Both the position numbers and the translations under genes were made by a program. DNA of 64,000 bases from the NCBI GenBank assembly GCA_010909165.1, contig VJWM01000011.1:496001-560000 (forward strand). The letters run 5' to 3'. Position 1 is the first letter of the stretch; every line of letters starts with the position of its first letter. Origin of the DNA: Anthoceros angustus (taxonomy: Eukaryota; Plantae; Anthocerotophyta). Shown here in pieces: positions 25,081 through 37,152 of this stretch. Under the pieces are notes generated by a model. It did not search any database, was not told where the DNA came from, and saw only the letters and a program-made list of their open reading frames with translations.

Positions 25081-26553
25081 TCAATGCCCATGTTGGCTAT
25101 GTACGAGTAGTATAACCGATTCCATTTGTACAAAATTGTCGGCAGAAGAAAGTTGGCGGCACCCTCCGATGAAAGCTTGTGCTGCTGTGCTGATTGCTGG
25201 ACATCATCCTGTCCAGCAGAGGAAGGAAGGCCTTTCCCCTTTCATCCTGCCCAGTAGAGGAAGGAAGGCCATCACAGAGGCCTTACGCAGACCTTTGTAC
25301 AGGCACATCGCCCTGACTACGAGCAACCTTGAATTGCCTTTCCCATGAACAAACTATACCTCGATATGCCTGCCCACATAATGAGCATAAACTTGCTTTT
25401 TGAAGAGGCATATCGGTTTCTACAATCGGGGGAGGAGGGATACGAGCTTCTCAGATCAGGTCATGCAGATGCTACTGAGTCATGCTTCAGTTTGCTTGAG
25501 TAAGAAAAGCACATAGACCTCTTGAAATGAAAGAGGCACGGAAGCAAAACAAGAAAGTCATGATCAGGGAGGGCACATCAACAAGGAAGCTCAAGTAGGA
25601 AGAAACGCTCTGTGAAACAATTCTGGTTTCATTTCTGATTGCGTGGAGCAAGCATCCTTTAGCCAGACGACTCCTCCGGTTGCGTGCAACTCATGGAAAT
25701 GTGAGGCAGACATGCGCAGAAGCACAAAGCCATGGGAAGCTGTTGGGTTGCTACTCAATGACAAGCGACCCAGCCTGCCATGCATGTACAACCGGCATCT
25801 TCATACCGATGGTTCATTGCACCTGCCCGTTTCTGTATGTGGATGCAATTTCATCCGACGCGCGTCGATTTTCCAAGTACAGTGAACCGAGCTGAAGGAA
25901 ACGACGGGGAGTGGACCAAACCCAGAAGAAACCGCACATGGTGCTGGCTCAAACTCGGGTCCGGGGTCCTCATCCCACGTCGCATCGCCTCGCCTCGCCT
26001 CGCCGCGCTCGCTCCCGCTTGCTACGCTTGCCACCTATAATTGCACCACTTGCACACAGCAACAAAAGAATTGACCGATTCTGCCCCTGCTGAAGCGCGA
26101 TTGAATATCCCGCAGATTCACCGCTGAATCTGCCACAGCGCCGGGATCTGGCCCTGAGCGATCGTTCATGGGAGGAATCGGGGAGGCTGGGAGGCACGGA
26201 ATTGCAAGCGCAAGCGCAAACGCAAACGCAATCGCAACCGCAACCACAACCGCCGGGCCCCGCCCGATTCTGCTTCTGCTTCCTTCGAGTCCCGAGCAGG
26301 CACCGCAATCGGGGGGTGGGCGGATTGCGGATGCGTGCGCCGGGCGGGTCGGAGGATGTTGTGTGCTGATTACCAGCGTGGAGCCTTGGTGTGTGCGGGG
26401 GGCGGGGCTGTGCTTCTGGTGGGCACCTTCCAGCGCGTGAAATTGCAGGAGAATCAGGGGAGTCCTGCGCATCGATCGGTCTGTGTCAGATTGAGGAGCT
26501 CGCAGAATTGGGTTTGCAAGAGTTCCATTTTCATCTCTGACTTGGTTTATCCG

Positions 26554-28971
26554 ATGCCGACCACAGAGCTCATGGCTCATGACCAGGAGTCGTGCACATC
26601 GCATCGCTTCCGGGATACCATGTTTCTGCTCTCTGATACGCTTGTGGCGATGCTGGATTTTGTGCTGGGTCTGGTGTACGGGGTGCTTGATTTCTGGTAC
26701 TCTGGGTGGTGCGATTCCTCTGGGATGCCGCTTTGTTCCAGTCCTGCGGCTCTGACGTCCGCAATTTGTGATAATTCCGGGCGCAACGCCGGGGCTGCCG
26801 TTGTGGATATTAGTCCTGCGGTGAAGCAGGATTTGGCGAAGTTGTTCTACAGGCCTCGGAGGGCTTCCTTGGTGGATAGGAAGGGGGAGCTCAAAGTTTG
26901 GCGGAGCATAGGAGTGCATGTTGCAGGCTCTCCCTTGGGAGATTCGTTGGATGAGGCTGCTCATGGCGTTGGAGATGAGCAAACAGCTGAATGTGTCCAG
27001 GAAGCTTCAGAGGCAGGTCCTATTGCCAGACAAGCATGGAAGTCTGGCACGAGGGCTTTGAGGACTTCCTCGTCCTCTGCTTCTTCTTGCTGCAGGAGTA
27101 GGAAATCCTGGAGCACCGCATTGACTTCCTGTACCTGCTGGGGATGGCATTTGGAACAAGTTCTGACCAGCCCAGGCTCTGGGAGGTTGAGGGGAGGAGA
27201 AAATCCTTGTGGAGATGGGGAGCGTGTCAGTGCTGAGTCTGACTCTGAAACCGAGCGGGCTGAGGCTCCGAGTTTAAAGCAAATGCTCAGGCAGGTTGTG
27301 CTGGATGAGCATAGGAAGTCAGGCTGGTCTGAGTGCCAATGTGAGGAGTGCATGTCGGTGCTTATGCCCATGGAACTGGCTGTGGAAAGGCTTTACGTTA
27401 GGACTTGTGAGGCAGAAGCAGCATGTAGGCCTGAGCCTGGTTCTGCGGAGGACTCTGATGATGATGGGTTTGACATGGGTTTCTCCAATCAAGGAAGCTC
27501 CGAGTCTGACTCGGACTCGACGTCAGGATCTGACACTTTCAGGCCCACAGCCATGATTGCCGCTGATGGTGTGATGAGAGACGTTGCGGACGAGTTCAGG
27601 ATCATGTCTGTAAGCTCCAGTCTGAAGTTGGTAGCCTCGATCCAGCCGAAGCCCACAAGTGCTGTCATATTCCTGCATGGGATTTACAGCTCCTCTACCT
27701 TCTGGTTTGAGACTCTGATTCCCCACCTGTCAGCCGAAATCACATCACGACATCAGGTATATATGCCAGACTTCAGACTGAGTTAGCTTCTTGCCATGTT
27801 GGGCTATGCAAAACATGAATCAGTCATGTGTGCGTTTCACTCACCAGCTGGTGCTGGGCTGGCCTGGGCTCGCAACAGATCCTTGTGCCCGACTTGCTTG
27901 GTTGTGGACGCAGCCCTCGGCCAGTGGACTGCCTGTACACTCTGGAGGAGCAGGTGGATTCCATCCACAAATCGGTGTTGGAGAGGCATGACTTGGAGTC
28001 TTTCCACATTGTATCCCATTCCATGGGCACAGTGGTAGCCCTAGCTTTGGCTGCCCGATTCCCAGACAGAGTTCGCTCTGTAACCATGATTGCGCCCCTG
28101 TATGGAGGCAGAGGGGACTGGGGCTCTGTCCAAGACAATCCGCTTCCACCTTGTGACGCTATCATGGGCTTGACGAAGCCCTGGACGGTCAGTGCACCGC
28201 CTCCAGTCTTCAAATTCCCATCTCCTTCTTAACTTCAATGTGGTCACCATAACTGTAGTTGTACAAGACGTCTCACATCTGGCTGCCTGGCTTACATGTG
28301 TTCTACACAGCTAAAGGGAATCAAAGCCATAGCAGGGAAGGACTACTACAACGTGAGCAGACTTATTGCACACATTCTCTTTACCAGACACAAATTCTGG
28401 GTGCCAATAATGCATCGCTACTTGAAGAGGTACGCTACTACTGCTAATTTGGGTGAAGTCGTTTGTTGGGACCGATGGGTGGACCTGGAGGGAGCTGATG
28501 AGTTTGCGTATCTGCCGTAACGTCATTGTTGCATGTCGCAGGTATCCAGTCTCCTTCATCGAAGGGTACTTCAGAAATTCCCACCACGCCACATGGCACA
28601 TGAGCCACAACACCTTGCTGTCCGGCGCCCACACCATGGCTCGCTCTCTCACTGAGCTGAGGCAGAGAGGCAAGCAAGTGTTGGTCATCCACGGTAATGT
28701 TGATACCACCTGTTTCCACGCCCAGAGTCTAGAAATGAGCCGACACTTTGACAATGTAAGGCTTGTGACGTGCCCTGGTAAAGGTCATGTCGATGTCATC
28801 TTCGGAAGTGAGCAGCAAATTTTGCAAGATATCGAGAGCGAGATCTTGATGGGCGATTCCCGATGGCCATCTCCAAGCCCGCCGACGCGGCCCGGCAGAA
28901 CACCAATCCGTTCCAAAGTTGCTTCGAAACATGCACCAAACGCGCGAAATGATTCACACACTTTCAACTAA
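26554..28971 (+). CDS. BODYGUARD-like alpha/beta-hydrolase (cuticle-associated family), multi-exon
   Basis: LDFVLGLVYGVLDFW N-terminal motif, WSECQCEEC, VIFLHGIYSSSTFW, DLLGCGRSPRPVDCLYTLEEQ, nucleophile SHSMG, HHATWHMSHN, GKGHVDV; intron 27757-27878 is GT-AG. Start codon and later exon borders are approximate. Confidence 0.88.
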
Positions 28972-29949
28972 GTCATGTATAATTCAATTGTTCGTTGCTT
29001 AAATGCCTTTTGTGGCCTAATATGTGAGATCTACCCTCTCTTGATGGATGAGCATGCACATGGTGAATGATGGTGGTGTTCTATGTGCCCTTGCAAGACT
29101 GGAAGCGTCTTATAACCTCATGCAATGAATTATAAGTAGTTTCACAATCATGCATTTTAATTAAAAAAAAAGGTTTCCTATTAGGTAAACTGGATGGGAG
29201 ATGTTGTGAGACTAGATTAAGATAAATAAATAAAAATATAAAATAATCTAATATTTTAATTTAATAGATTCATCTTCTTTATAGTTTTTTCTATGTAAAA
29301 CAAATAGCAACTAGTTAGGGTATGGATGGGTTCTTCCCATCATTTTTTCCCTCGATAAATTATTATTTATTAAAAATACAAGGGTATTGTTCAACTATGG
29401 AATACTGATATGGTCACTCGGCATCCACATTTTTTTAGGGTTGTAGACAGAAAAAAATAGTCCCGCCGCATACGGCAAAACTATTTCGGTATGTCACGCA
29501 TGACCACATCGGTAGGGGCTGCGGCCCCCCAGTATGCCGATGTCGTCAACCTACCCCATGATGCACACAAAGGTTTCATGATACACAGAAACTTTTCTTC
29601 TCTCGAATTTAGGGTTGCATTTAGGGTCATTTGCGTTGTCGTGCCATTAATGCATCCGGGCGCCGAGTGATGTGTTCGTTGGCCACAGATTTGCAATTGC
29701 GTTTGCGGTGCACTCATCGTCTATGTTTGCGGCGCGGCTAAGTGCGTTTGCCCTTACGAGCAAGGTCATGTTTGGCACTACGCATCAGGTGACAATGTTT
29801 CCTAGGCTCTTTGGAGGTGCGATTTCATATAGCACCGAAACAAGCTTGTACCGGAAGGACCAACACAAGAAGGGCTTCCATGAAAGCAGTCCATGATACA
29901 AACACCCAAAAGCTGCAGTGCACAAGTGTAAAGTTCAAAGGGCCTACTG

Positions 29950-31490
29950 GACCACATAACGCAGTGGTGATCCGTCCACGCGCCTTCCTCAGGTCCACCG
30001 CAGTACTTGGCGGCCTCCCTTGCTCCACCGCACAATGTCGTCGGCCAGTGCAAAGGGCATATCGGGAGAAAGTCCATGCCCTTCAAGCCCTTCGCATAGG
30101 CATTGTCCCTCGCGACATGCGACACCTGCAGCCCACAATGCATTAACACCACGCTTGAGTTTCCAGCAGCTGCAATGCTCAAGGGATGGAACATTACATG
30201 GTGGAAAACAGCTGCAACCTACACACAGAAAGACATGTGGGCTGCAGCCTAGGACTCACCCCGACAACAGCTTAATCACGCCTAGCAGTGGCATCTCTGG
30301 GGCCACGTTCTGTGCATATTGAGGACCACCCACATCGAACTCCTCCCCATCGTCCTCCGTAGTCCCATATGCGGATGGCTGCACCCACCCTTGGAGCCAA
30401 GCCTCTTCCTGCAATGCTATTGCAAGCACATGGCCAGGGATGTCCCGATCCGCGGCCCTTATCTTGCGCACCCTGTGCCTGTTCCACACTTGCCTCCAAC
30501 GTTTGAGCTCCGCCCTCATGGTGGGCATGAAGGTGACATGTAGGGAATGGATGTGCCAGGGGTTGGTGATGTCCAATTCGCTACTCATCACCAAATCCAT
30601 CTTGTACCCCTTGTACAGGAACGCCCACTTCTCCCCCAATGACCGGTCCGCCAAAAATGCTCAATCCTCTGCAAAAAAGGCCGCAGATACTACTGCACCA
30701 TACCTCCTCGCTAACAAAGGCATCGCAAGCAACCTCAGTCTGACCTGGTTGTGCATGGAGGGGCCGCGGATGAAGTTGCTGCCATGTGCCCTTGGCCTCG
30801 CACGATTCATGTCCGCCTCTATCAGGTTGTGCTCTGCTGCATAGTCCGACCGAATCCGCTGGGGATGGCCAAACCTCCTCACTACATCCACATAGGCGTT
30901 GAAAATGGTTGTCCCCCGCTTGTTATCTTCCAGCACTAACCATGGGACGTAGTGGGTGGCCCCATCTATTGCCCCATGGACTCTGAAGTAGAATTGGTAT
31001 AGCTTGTCATAGGCTGCACACAATCCAACCACATCCATTTTGGTGACAACTGGAGCAATCGCTCCCATTCTAATCTTGCACACATCACACACCACGGCAA
31101 ACTGCTGCAACCACTCACAATCCATGTGCGACATGAACATGGGCGTCGTGTTGGTGTACTGCACGCGGCGGATGCGGACCATCAATCGGCTGCATCAACC
31201 GTAGCGCCTCCGTCACTTGTCTCCTTGGGATGTCGATGACCATCTACTTACAGCTCCGCCTGCACAAAGCGTATTCCTGTGTTGATGCCGTGCCGTGCGA
31301 TGGGCGTATGCGGTGCGATGAGCGTGCACACCTCCACCACGGATAGACTCCCATACACACCGCGCCATTCTGGGTGCCGTGCAGGAGCCTCGTCACCGTC
31401 CTCAAGCTGCAGCCAAGCTCCGCCGACAACTCTTTCAGTGGCTGCCCTGATTGCAAGTGCCGCACCGCCAACCCGTACACCAATCATCTT
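29950..31490 (-). mobile_element. Spliced IS3EU/IS481EU-like DDE transposase (HTH plus integrase-core), frameshifted
   Basis: HTH-like ELSAELGCSLRTVTRLL. Removing GT-AG introns 31118-31014 and 30744-30669 gives RRVQY...HMDSYDKL...VHGAIDG...RIRSDYAAEH...RGPSMHNQRIEHFWR, then LHVTFMP...WNRHRVR. Element ends not resolved. Confidence 0.75.
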
Positions 31491-31639
31491 ACGTACATCG
31501 ATGAGGAATTGAGAAAATGGTTGAAAATTTTGAGAAGGTTTTGAAATCTCAAAATGTGATACAATGCTTGGGGTTTGAGTTTGGTCTTAATTATAACATA
31601 TACAAGGCTTGGTTATAATGTGTGAATTATTTTTACGAT

Positions 31640-32620
31640 GGTGCGGGACTCGAACTATGAGCCCCTTATAATCGAACATATATACTCCTTGTTGATTTGT
31701 GTCTGTAATGTCTTTGTCATAAATGTGTTGATCTAGTTTCCTCCAGTACTTTTGCCAATGATAGTAGCATGTACATCCTCGACTATTCCCACAGCTTGTC
31801 TAGCTTTTCTTTGGATAGACAAAGATAGTCAAACCAAACCAAACCCAACCCAAGCAAATATTAGCCTTCCTCGTAGCAAACATCCTTTCCCGAGCTTCGA
31901 GCTGGCCTTATGAAAAGAAAGGGTACGTAGACGTGGGACAAAGAAACAATGCAAGGGTATACTTATCCTTGAAGTAATCTCTGTAGATTTTCCGAGGGAC
32001 CGGCCTAGAGCTTTCTGGCGCATGCTCTTGTCCTTTGTTAGTAAGAAATGTAATGAGGGCATGAATTCTCTAGAGAAGTTTAATCACGAAGTAAATTCGG
32101 CCGGTGAGACGAGTGACTACTGCAGTATCCAGAATCTGGCCAAGGCTAACTAGATGATTAGCAAACTATATGGAGGCAAAACCACCACCTCCCCATCAAA
32201 ATCTAAACCTTTAATCTATTCACTAATATACGCTGATTCAAATACCCATGATGCCCGAACGTATGGGAACTCGAACATATACGATGAGGCGAGACTCGAA
32301 CTATGAGCCCCTTTCCGAACATATTCACAATTGATTTGTGCACCTTAAAACGTCTTTGTCATTGTTGATCCAATTTCCTTGGGTACTTTTGCCAATGGTA
32401 GCAGCAGGTAACCATGCCAAGCTAAAGCGTGTCGAGCCTTTCTCTGGACAAACAAAGATAATCAACATTCTAAGAAGAAACGTTAACCCCAACCTATTTT
32501 AGTGAAAACTGCTCCCAAAATCACCCATTGTGCCCCAACCCATTCAATACCAATTGCAAGTAGCCTTCCTCGCATCAAACATCCCTTGCTGGCTCTATGC
32601 AAGGAAGGGTAGCGTCGCCT
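31640..32620. repeat. Diverged ~300-bp direct repeat pair (31640-31935 and 32286-32620)
   Basis: Shared gactcgaactatgagcccc, gtctttgtcat, gtacttttgccaatg, acaaagata and tagccttcctcg..caaacatcc. Confidence 0.7.
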
Positions 32621-32683
32621 AGAAGAGGCGAGCTCCACTATCGTGCAATAGAATTGTGCTCGTGCCATGCTTGCGCCTGACAA

Positions 32684-33565
32684 ATATGGCTTGCCATACA
32701 ACGGCGCCCAGCACCCGACAATGTCTTGCTATACAATGGCGCTCGACGCCAATAATGGCTTGCCATACAATGGCGCCCAGCACCCGACAATGTCTTGCTA
32801 TACAATGGCGCCCGACGCGGACAATGGCTTGCCATACAATGGCGCCCAACGCCCAACAATAATGGCGCTAAATTAACGCCCAACTATGGCGCCCAAATAA
32901 CGCCTAATAATGGCGCCCAACGCCCAACTATGGTGCCCAGCGCCCAACTATGGCGCCCAACGCCCAACAATGGCGCCCAATTAACGCCCAACAATGGCGC
33001 CCAATTAACGCCCAACAATGGCGCCTAATGTCCAACTATGGCGCCCAATTAACGCCTAACAATGGCGCCCAATACCCAACAATGGTACCGAATTAACGCC
33101 CAACAATGGCGCCCAATTAACGTCCAACAATGGCGCCCAATTAACGTCCAACAATGACGCCCTATTAACGCCCAACAATGGCGCCCAATTAACCCCCAAC
33201 AATGGCGCCCAATTAACGCCTAACAATGGCGCCCAATTAACGCGACAATGGCTTGCCATACAATGGCGCCCAACGCCCAACAATAATGGCGCTAAATTAA
33301 CGCCCAACTATGGCGCCCAAATAACGCCTAATAATGGCGCCCAACGCCCAACTATGGTGCCCAGCGCCCAACTATGGCGCCCAACGCCCAACCATGGCGC
33401 CCAATTAACGCCCAACAATGGCACCCAGCACCCAACAATGGCGCCCAATTAACGCCCAACAATGACGCCCAATTAACGCCCAACAATGGCGCCCAATTAA
33501 CGCCCAACAATGGCACCCAATTAACGCCCAACGCCCGACATTGGCTGACGATACAATGGCTTGCG
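32684..33565. repeat. Compound minisatellite of 20/24-bp units with higher-order duplication
   Basis: Units ggcgcccaattaacgcccaacaat and ggcgcccaacgcccaactat; block ~32821-32960 recurs at ~33246-33390. Confidence 0.95.
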
Positions 33566-33884
33566 AAAGGTGAGCATGTATGAACATGTACCATCGGGGC
33601 AGTGCGCACTTGCTTGTGGGCGTAGAGGGTGCACCTGCTCATAATAAGAACACTTAAGAAAATGCTAAAGAGCGCGACGTACTAGTATTAGAGCGCTAGC
33701 GCCCCCCTCCCGACTTTTTTCCCTCTCCAGGCCGGACTGTGTGTAAGGGCTGGGATTAATAGAATGCGAGCTGCTGAGTGGCACGCCTCCGTACTCTTGA
33801 ATGGACGCGTTCATCATGCCCCACAAAATAATCCCCACCAAATTTAAAATACCCCTCCCCGCCTCACATTTTGAAAAAAAATGC

Positions 33885-34247
33885 TTTACAACGTAATCTA
33901 CAACAAGGGAGCCACGTCATCAATCGCTGTTGTAAATGGCCTCCAATCATATTTTTTGTGATTAATAACAATAATAAAGAGTTTTAAAAAATAAAGAATA
34001 CATTTTGAGAAAAATTCTTTTCAACGTAATCTACAACAAGGGAGCCAATCATCAATCGCTGTTGTAAATGGCCTCCAATCATATTTTTGTGATTAATAAT
34101 AATAATAATAATAAGTTGAAAAAAATAAAAGACACATTTTGAGAAAATATTTTACAACTTAATCTACAACAAGGAAGCCACGACATCAGTCACGACATCA
34201 ATCGCTGTTGTAAATGGACTCTAATCATAATTTTGATGATGATGATG

Positions 34248-34328
<81 letters not shown>

Positions 34329-34675
34329 CGTACCCAAGGAGTGATTTGGCGTTAATTAATTAAAATTAGTAAAAGTTGAAAATCCAGAAATTATTATACT
34401 TAAAATGTTGAATAGGTAAACATTTATGAGTTTATGATGCCGAAAATAAGGAAACTAGGGTTTGTGTGGAAAATTAGGGCCTATTTAGGGGAGGTCTATA
34501 CATATCCATTATTTTTTTATATATACCTATGTATTTTAATAAATTTTGAAATTTGATAAAAGTATTTTTGTAAATATTGATATTTTAAAAATATAAATAT
34601 TTATGTTGAACGTTATTTTTTTCAAAAAATAATTATTTCGGCATTATCCTGTTGAACCACCCCTCGTGCGTAGTA

Positions 34676-34739
<64 letters not shown>

Positions 34740-34740
34740 C

Positions 34741-34794
<54 letters not shown>

Positions 34795-35021
34795 GAGTTT
34801 GGAAGAAATAAAGAACAAATTTTGAGAAAAGGCTTTACAAGGTAATCTATAACAAGGGAGCCATGTCATAGCATGCTGTTGGAAATGGCTTCCAACCATA
34901 GTTTTGTGATTAGTGATATTAATAAATATTTTTAGAAAAAATAAAGATCAAATTTTGAAAAACACGCTTTTACAACGTAATCTACAACATGGGAGCCATG
35001 TCATCAATCCGTTGTTGTAAA
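33885..35021. repeat. Five-copy ~130-bp satellite with hairpin core and variable (AAT)n tails
   Basis: tttacaacgtaatctacaacaagggagcca...catcaatcgctgttgtaaatg at ~33885, 34019, 34151, 34834 and 34969; long (AAT)n at ~34248-34326 and ~34678-34793. Confidence 0.85.
34328..34672. mobile_element. Tc1/mariner-type MITE, degenerate copy of 51123-51467, inside an (AAT)n tract
   Basis: Colinear similarity to 51123-51467 (ggagtgatt.ggc.ttaattaattaaaat ... attatcctgttgaacca); flanked by AAT repeats on both sides. Confidence 0.75.
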
Positions 35022-35368
35022 TGAGCACCCAAAAGAGTGCCACATCATCCAACTAGAAACCCCCATTGTAAACCGAGTCTTAAAACTTGCCACATCAGCG
35101 ATATTACGATTTGCAGGAGCCAACCCGCCCGTGCAGAGACGGAGACCAGTGAAGAAAGCTCAACCAAGCAGGAGCCCGGCTTGCGGACGCGCAACCGGCC
35201 GACATGGAGACGACAACAACCCGTTTCCTTCCCGTTTACGAAATACCTAATCCAGTAATACACCGTAGACAATAATTATATATAGTAAATACCTGATTAA
35301 CTGGTAAGATAAATAGTAGATATACAGTTATATAGGCTGGAGGCACGTTTCGAAAACGTGCCAGATAC

Positions 35369-35623
35369 TGTTAGAGTGGTTAAGCGCGGATCTTGAAACG
35401 AGACCGCAACTACATTGCTTGTATAAAACGGACGAGGAACAGGAAAGGAACAGCCATTCCTGAAGGCTCATTCATGAAGACAAGGTATCTGAGTCCATGA
35501 ATGGAAACTGGACCTGGAAACAAGACCTTGTACGTGACAAGCGAAACTTAAACCAATCTACAACGGAGGTTTTTAGACGTTGGGACATTTACAAAAGGGG
35601 TTTTGTAAAACACTCCCTCTCCC
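35369..35623 (-). mobile_element. Possible 3' LTR remnant with polypurine tract
   Basis: TGTT...AACA ends at 35369-35612; minus-strand gggagagggag immediately precedes the TG; no partner LTR in the window. Confidence 0.35.
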
Positions 35624-36230
35624 TAGGAGTGTTTGTGTGTAGCAGCACATGGAAGCGTTTGTGTGCTAGTCGATTTTCAGTTTTTGAGTAGGAGCAGTGG
35701 CTAGGAGCTAAGTTGCTCGCTGCTGGACAGAGGAGTTGACTGAGATTATTTGGGAAGTGGTACATGTTGCAGAATCGAGTTGTTGCGAGCTGCATGGATT
35801 GCATTGCTGGTCCCTCCCTGTCGATTTATGAAACCAACATCTTCAAGCGGTTTTCTGCCCGCTGGTTTGGCCATTGGTAGTTTCTAGTGCAAAAGTTGAT
35901 TCTCGGTTGATGTTTCGTTCACTAGGTTTTGCTGGGGGGGGCTATTAGCGGGATTAGGATTTTAGTAGTTAATTTTACTTTTTGGGGTAAGTCTATTATG
36001 TAGACTTATCCGCATGTGACTTATGTATGTCATGTAGCATGTGGATGATGTATGACATGTGGTATGGTGCGAGGACATGAATATAAGGATTTGTCCTTCT
36101 AGATATTAGGATAAATATAAAAGAGCAAGCGATATCTATAGAATAGAGATCTAGAGAATAGAAGGAATATTTAGCAGGCTATGGTCGAGATGAAGCTGGA
36201 AGCTAGCAAGATATAAGATATATAAGACAG

Positions 36231-36394
36231 CCTAAGGCTCCGTATGTAGAAGCTGAGGATCCATTTAAACTTGGATTTGCTTTCGTCTGCCTTACAATAG
36301 ATTATCTTTGATATACCTAAGGCTCTGTATGTAGAAGCTGAGGATCCATTTAAACTTGGATTTGCTTTCGTCTGCCTTACAATAGATTATCTTT
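36231..36394. repeat. ~80-bp tandem duplication
   Basis: cctaaggctc.gtatgtagaagctgaggatccatttaaacttggatttgctttcgtctgccttacaatagattatctttg occurs twice. Confidence 0.9.
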
Positions 36395-36698
36395 GTGATA
36401 ATGAAAAGAGACAGACATACCATGTCCTTCTTCCATTGCATTATGTGTTGATTTTGCAAACATCCCATGAGAGCTGGGATGGTTTTTCCTTGCAAGGGGG
36501 ATTAGGATTTTGGTAGTTAATCTTACATCCTAGAATGAGTCTATTCTGCAAGACATATCCGGACTCCACCCAAGCCCTTTGCTTCACCTCTTGACCTTGT
36601 GCGGTGCCCTCATGTGGCCATATGCCATGGCCTAGTGTGGCCCTCCGGTCAAGTTGCATGCTATATTACATGAGACCCATCACCCCACTATACAAATA

Positions 36699-37105
36699 CA
36701 GTCCACCCCCCCTAATTGGGACTGGTTCGGAGTGCCTTTAGAGGTCCCATTAAGGGAGGTGTCCCGATTATATTTTCCCTATTTAAAAATAATAAAAATA
36801 TTATAAACTCTAAAAATAAAAAAAATACCGGAAAAGGTTAGCTTAAGAGTCTTCAATCACAACTAAAAGTCTATTGTGCTCTGAAATAATCGATTCTTTT
36901 TTCTTTTTTTAATTTTTTTAAGTAAAACAAATAAAAATCGCATTTAGGGAGGTGAAACTAACATGAATGTATGTTTCAAAAGGTCCCAATTATCATTTAG
37001 GGAAAAGTCCCATTTATTACATTGTAAACTAAAGGGAGTAGGATGGGAGGTCCCATTTAGAGAGGAATCCCATTTATAGAGTTCCCAATTAGGGGGGGCC
37101 GACTG
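36699..37105. mobile_element. Tc1/mariner (pogo-like) MITE, 407 bp, TA target-site duplication
   Basis: ta|cagtccaccccccctaattggga ... tcccaattagggggggccgactg|ta terminal inverted repeats; AT-rich interior. Confidence 0.85.
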
Positions 37106-37152
37106 TAGTTCTATATATATAAAAATACTAAACATAAAATATTGACATGCAA

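Noticed and set aside
26035-26982. Long antisense ORFs here and over glyQS, the PPR gene, the BCM-like gene and 44941-45922
   Set aside because: Shadow frames of GC-rich coding or UTR sequence with no recognisable motifs.
29434-29630. Telomeric TTTAGGG repeats
   Set aside because: Only three scattered single motifs, no array.
31636-31666. tRNA or SINE head (minus strand gttcgagtcccgcacca)
   Set aside because: B-box-like word only; no A-box or cloverleaf could be built.
32619-33642. NNGAQLTP / GVNWAPLL repeat proteins
   Set aside because: Translations of a minisatellite with mixed 20/24-bp units that break frame.
34633-34899. Poly-isoleucine ORF
   Set aside because: Translation of an (AAT)n microsatellite.
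33885-35021. CRISPR-like repeat-spacer pattern
   Set aside because: Intervening segments are homologous to each other or are microsatellite and MITE sequence, not unique spacers.
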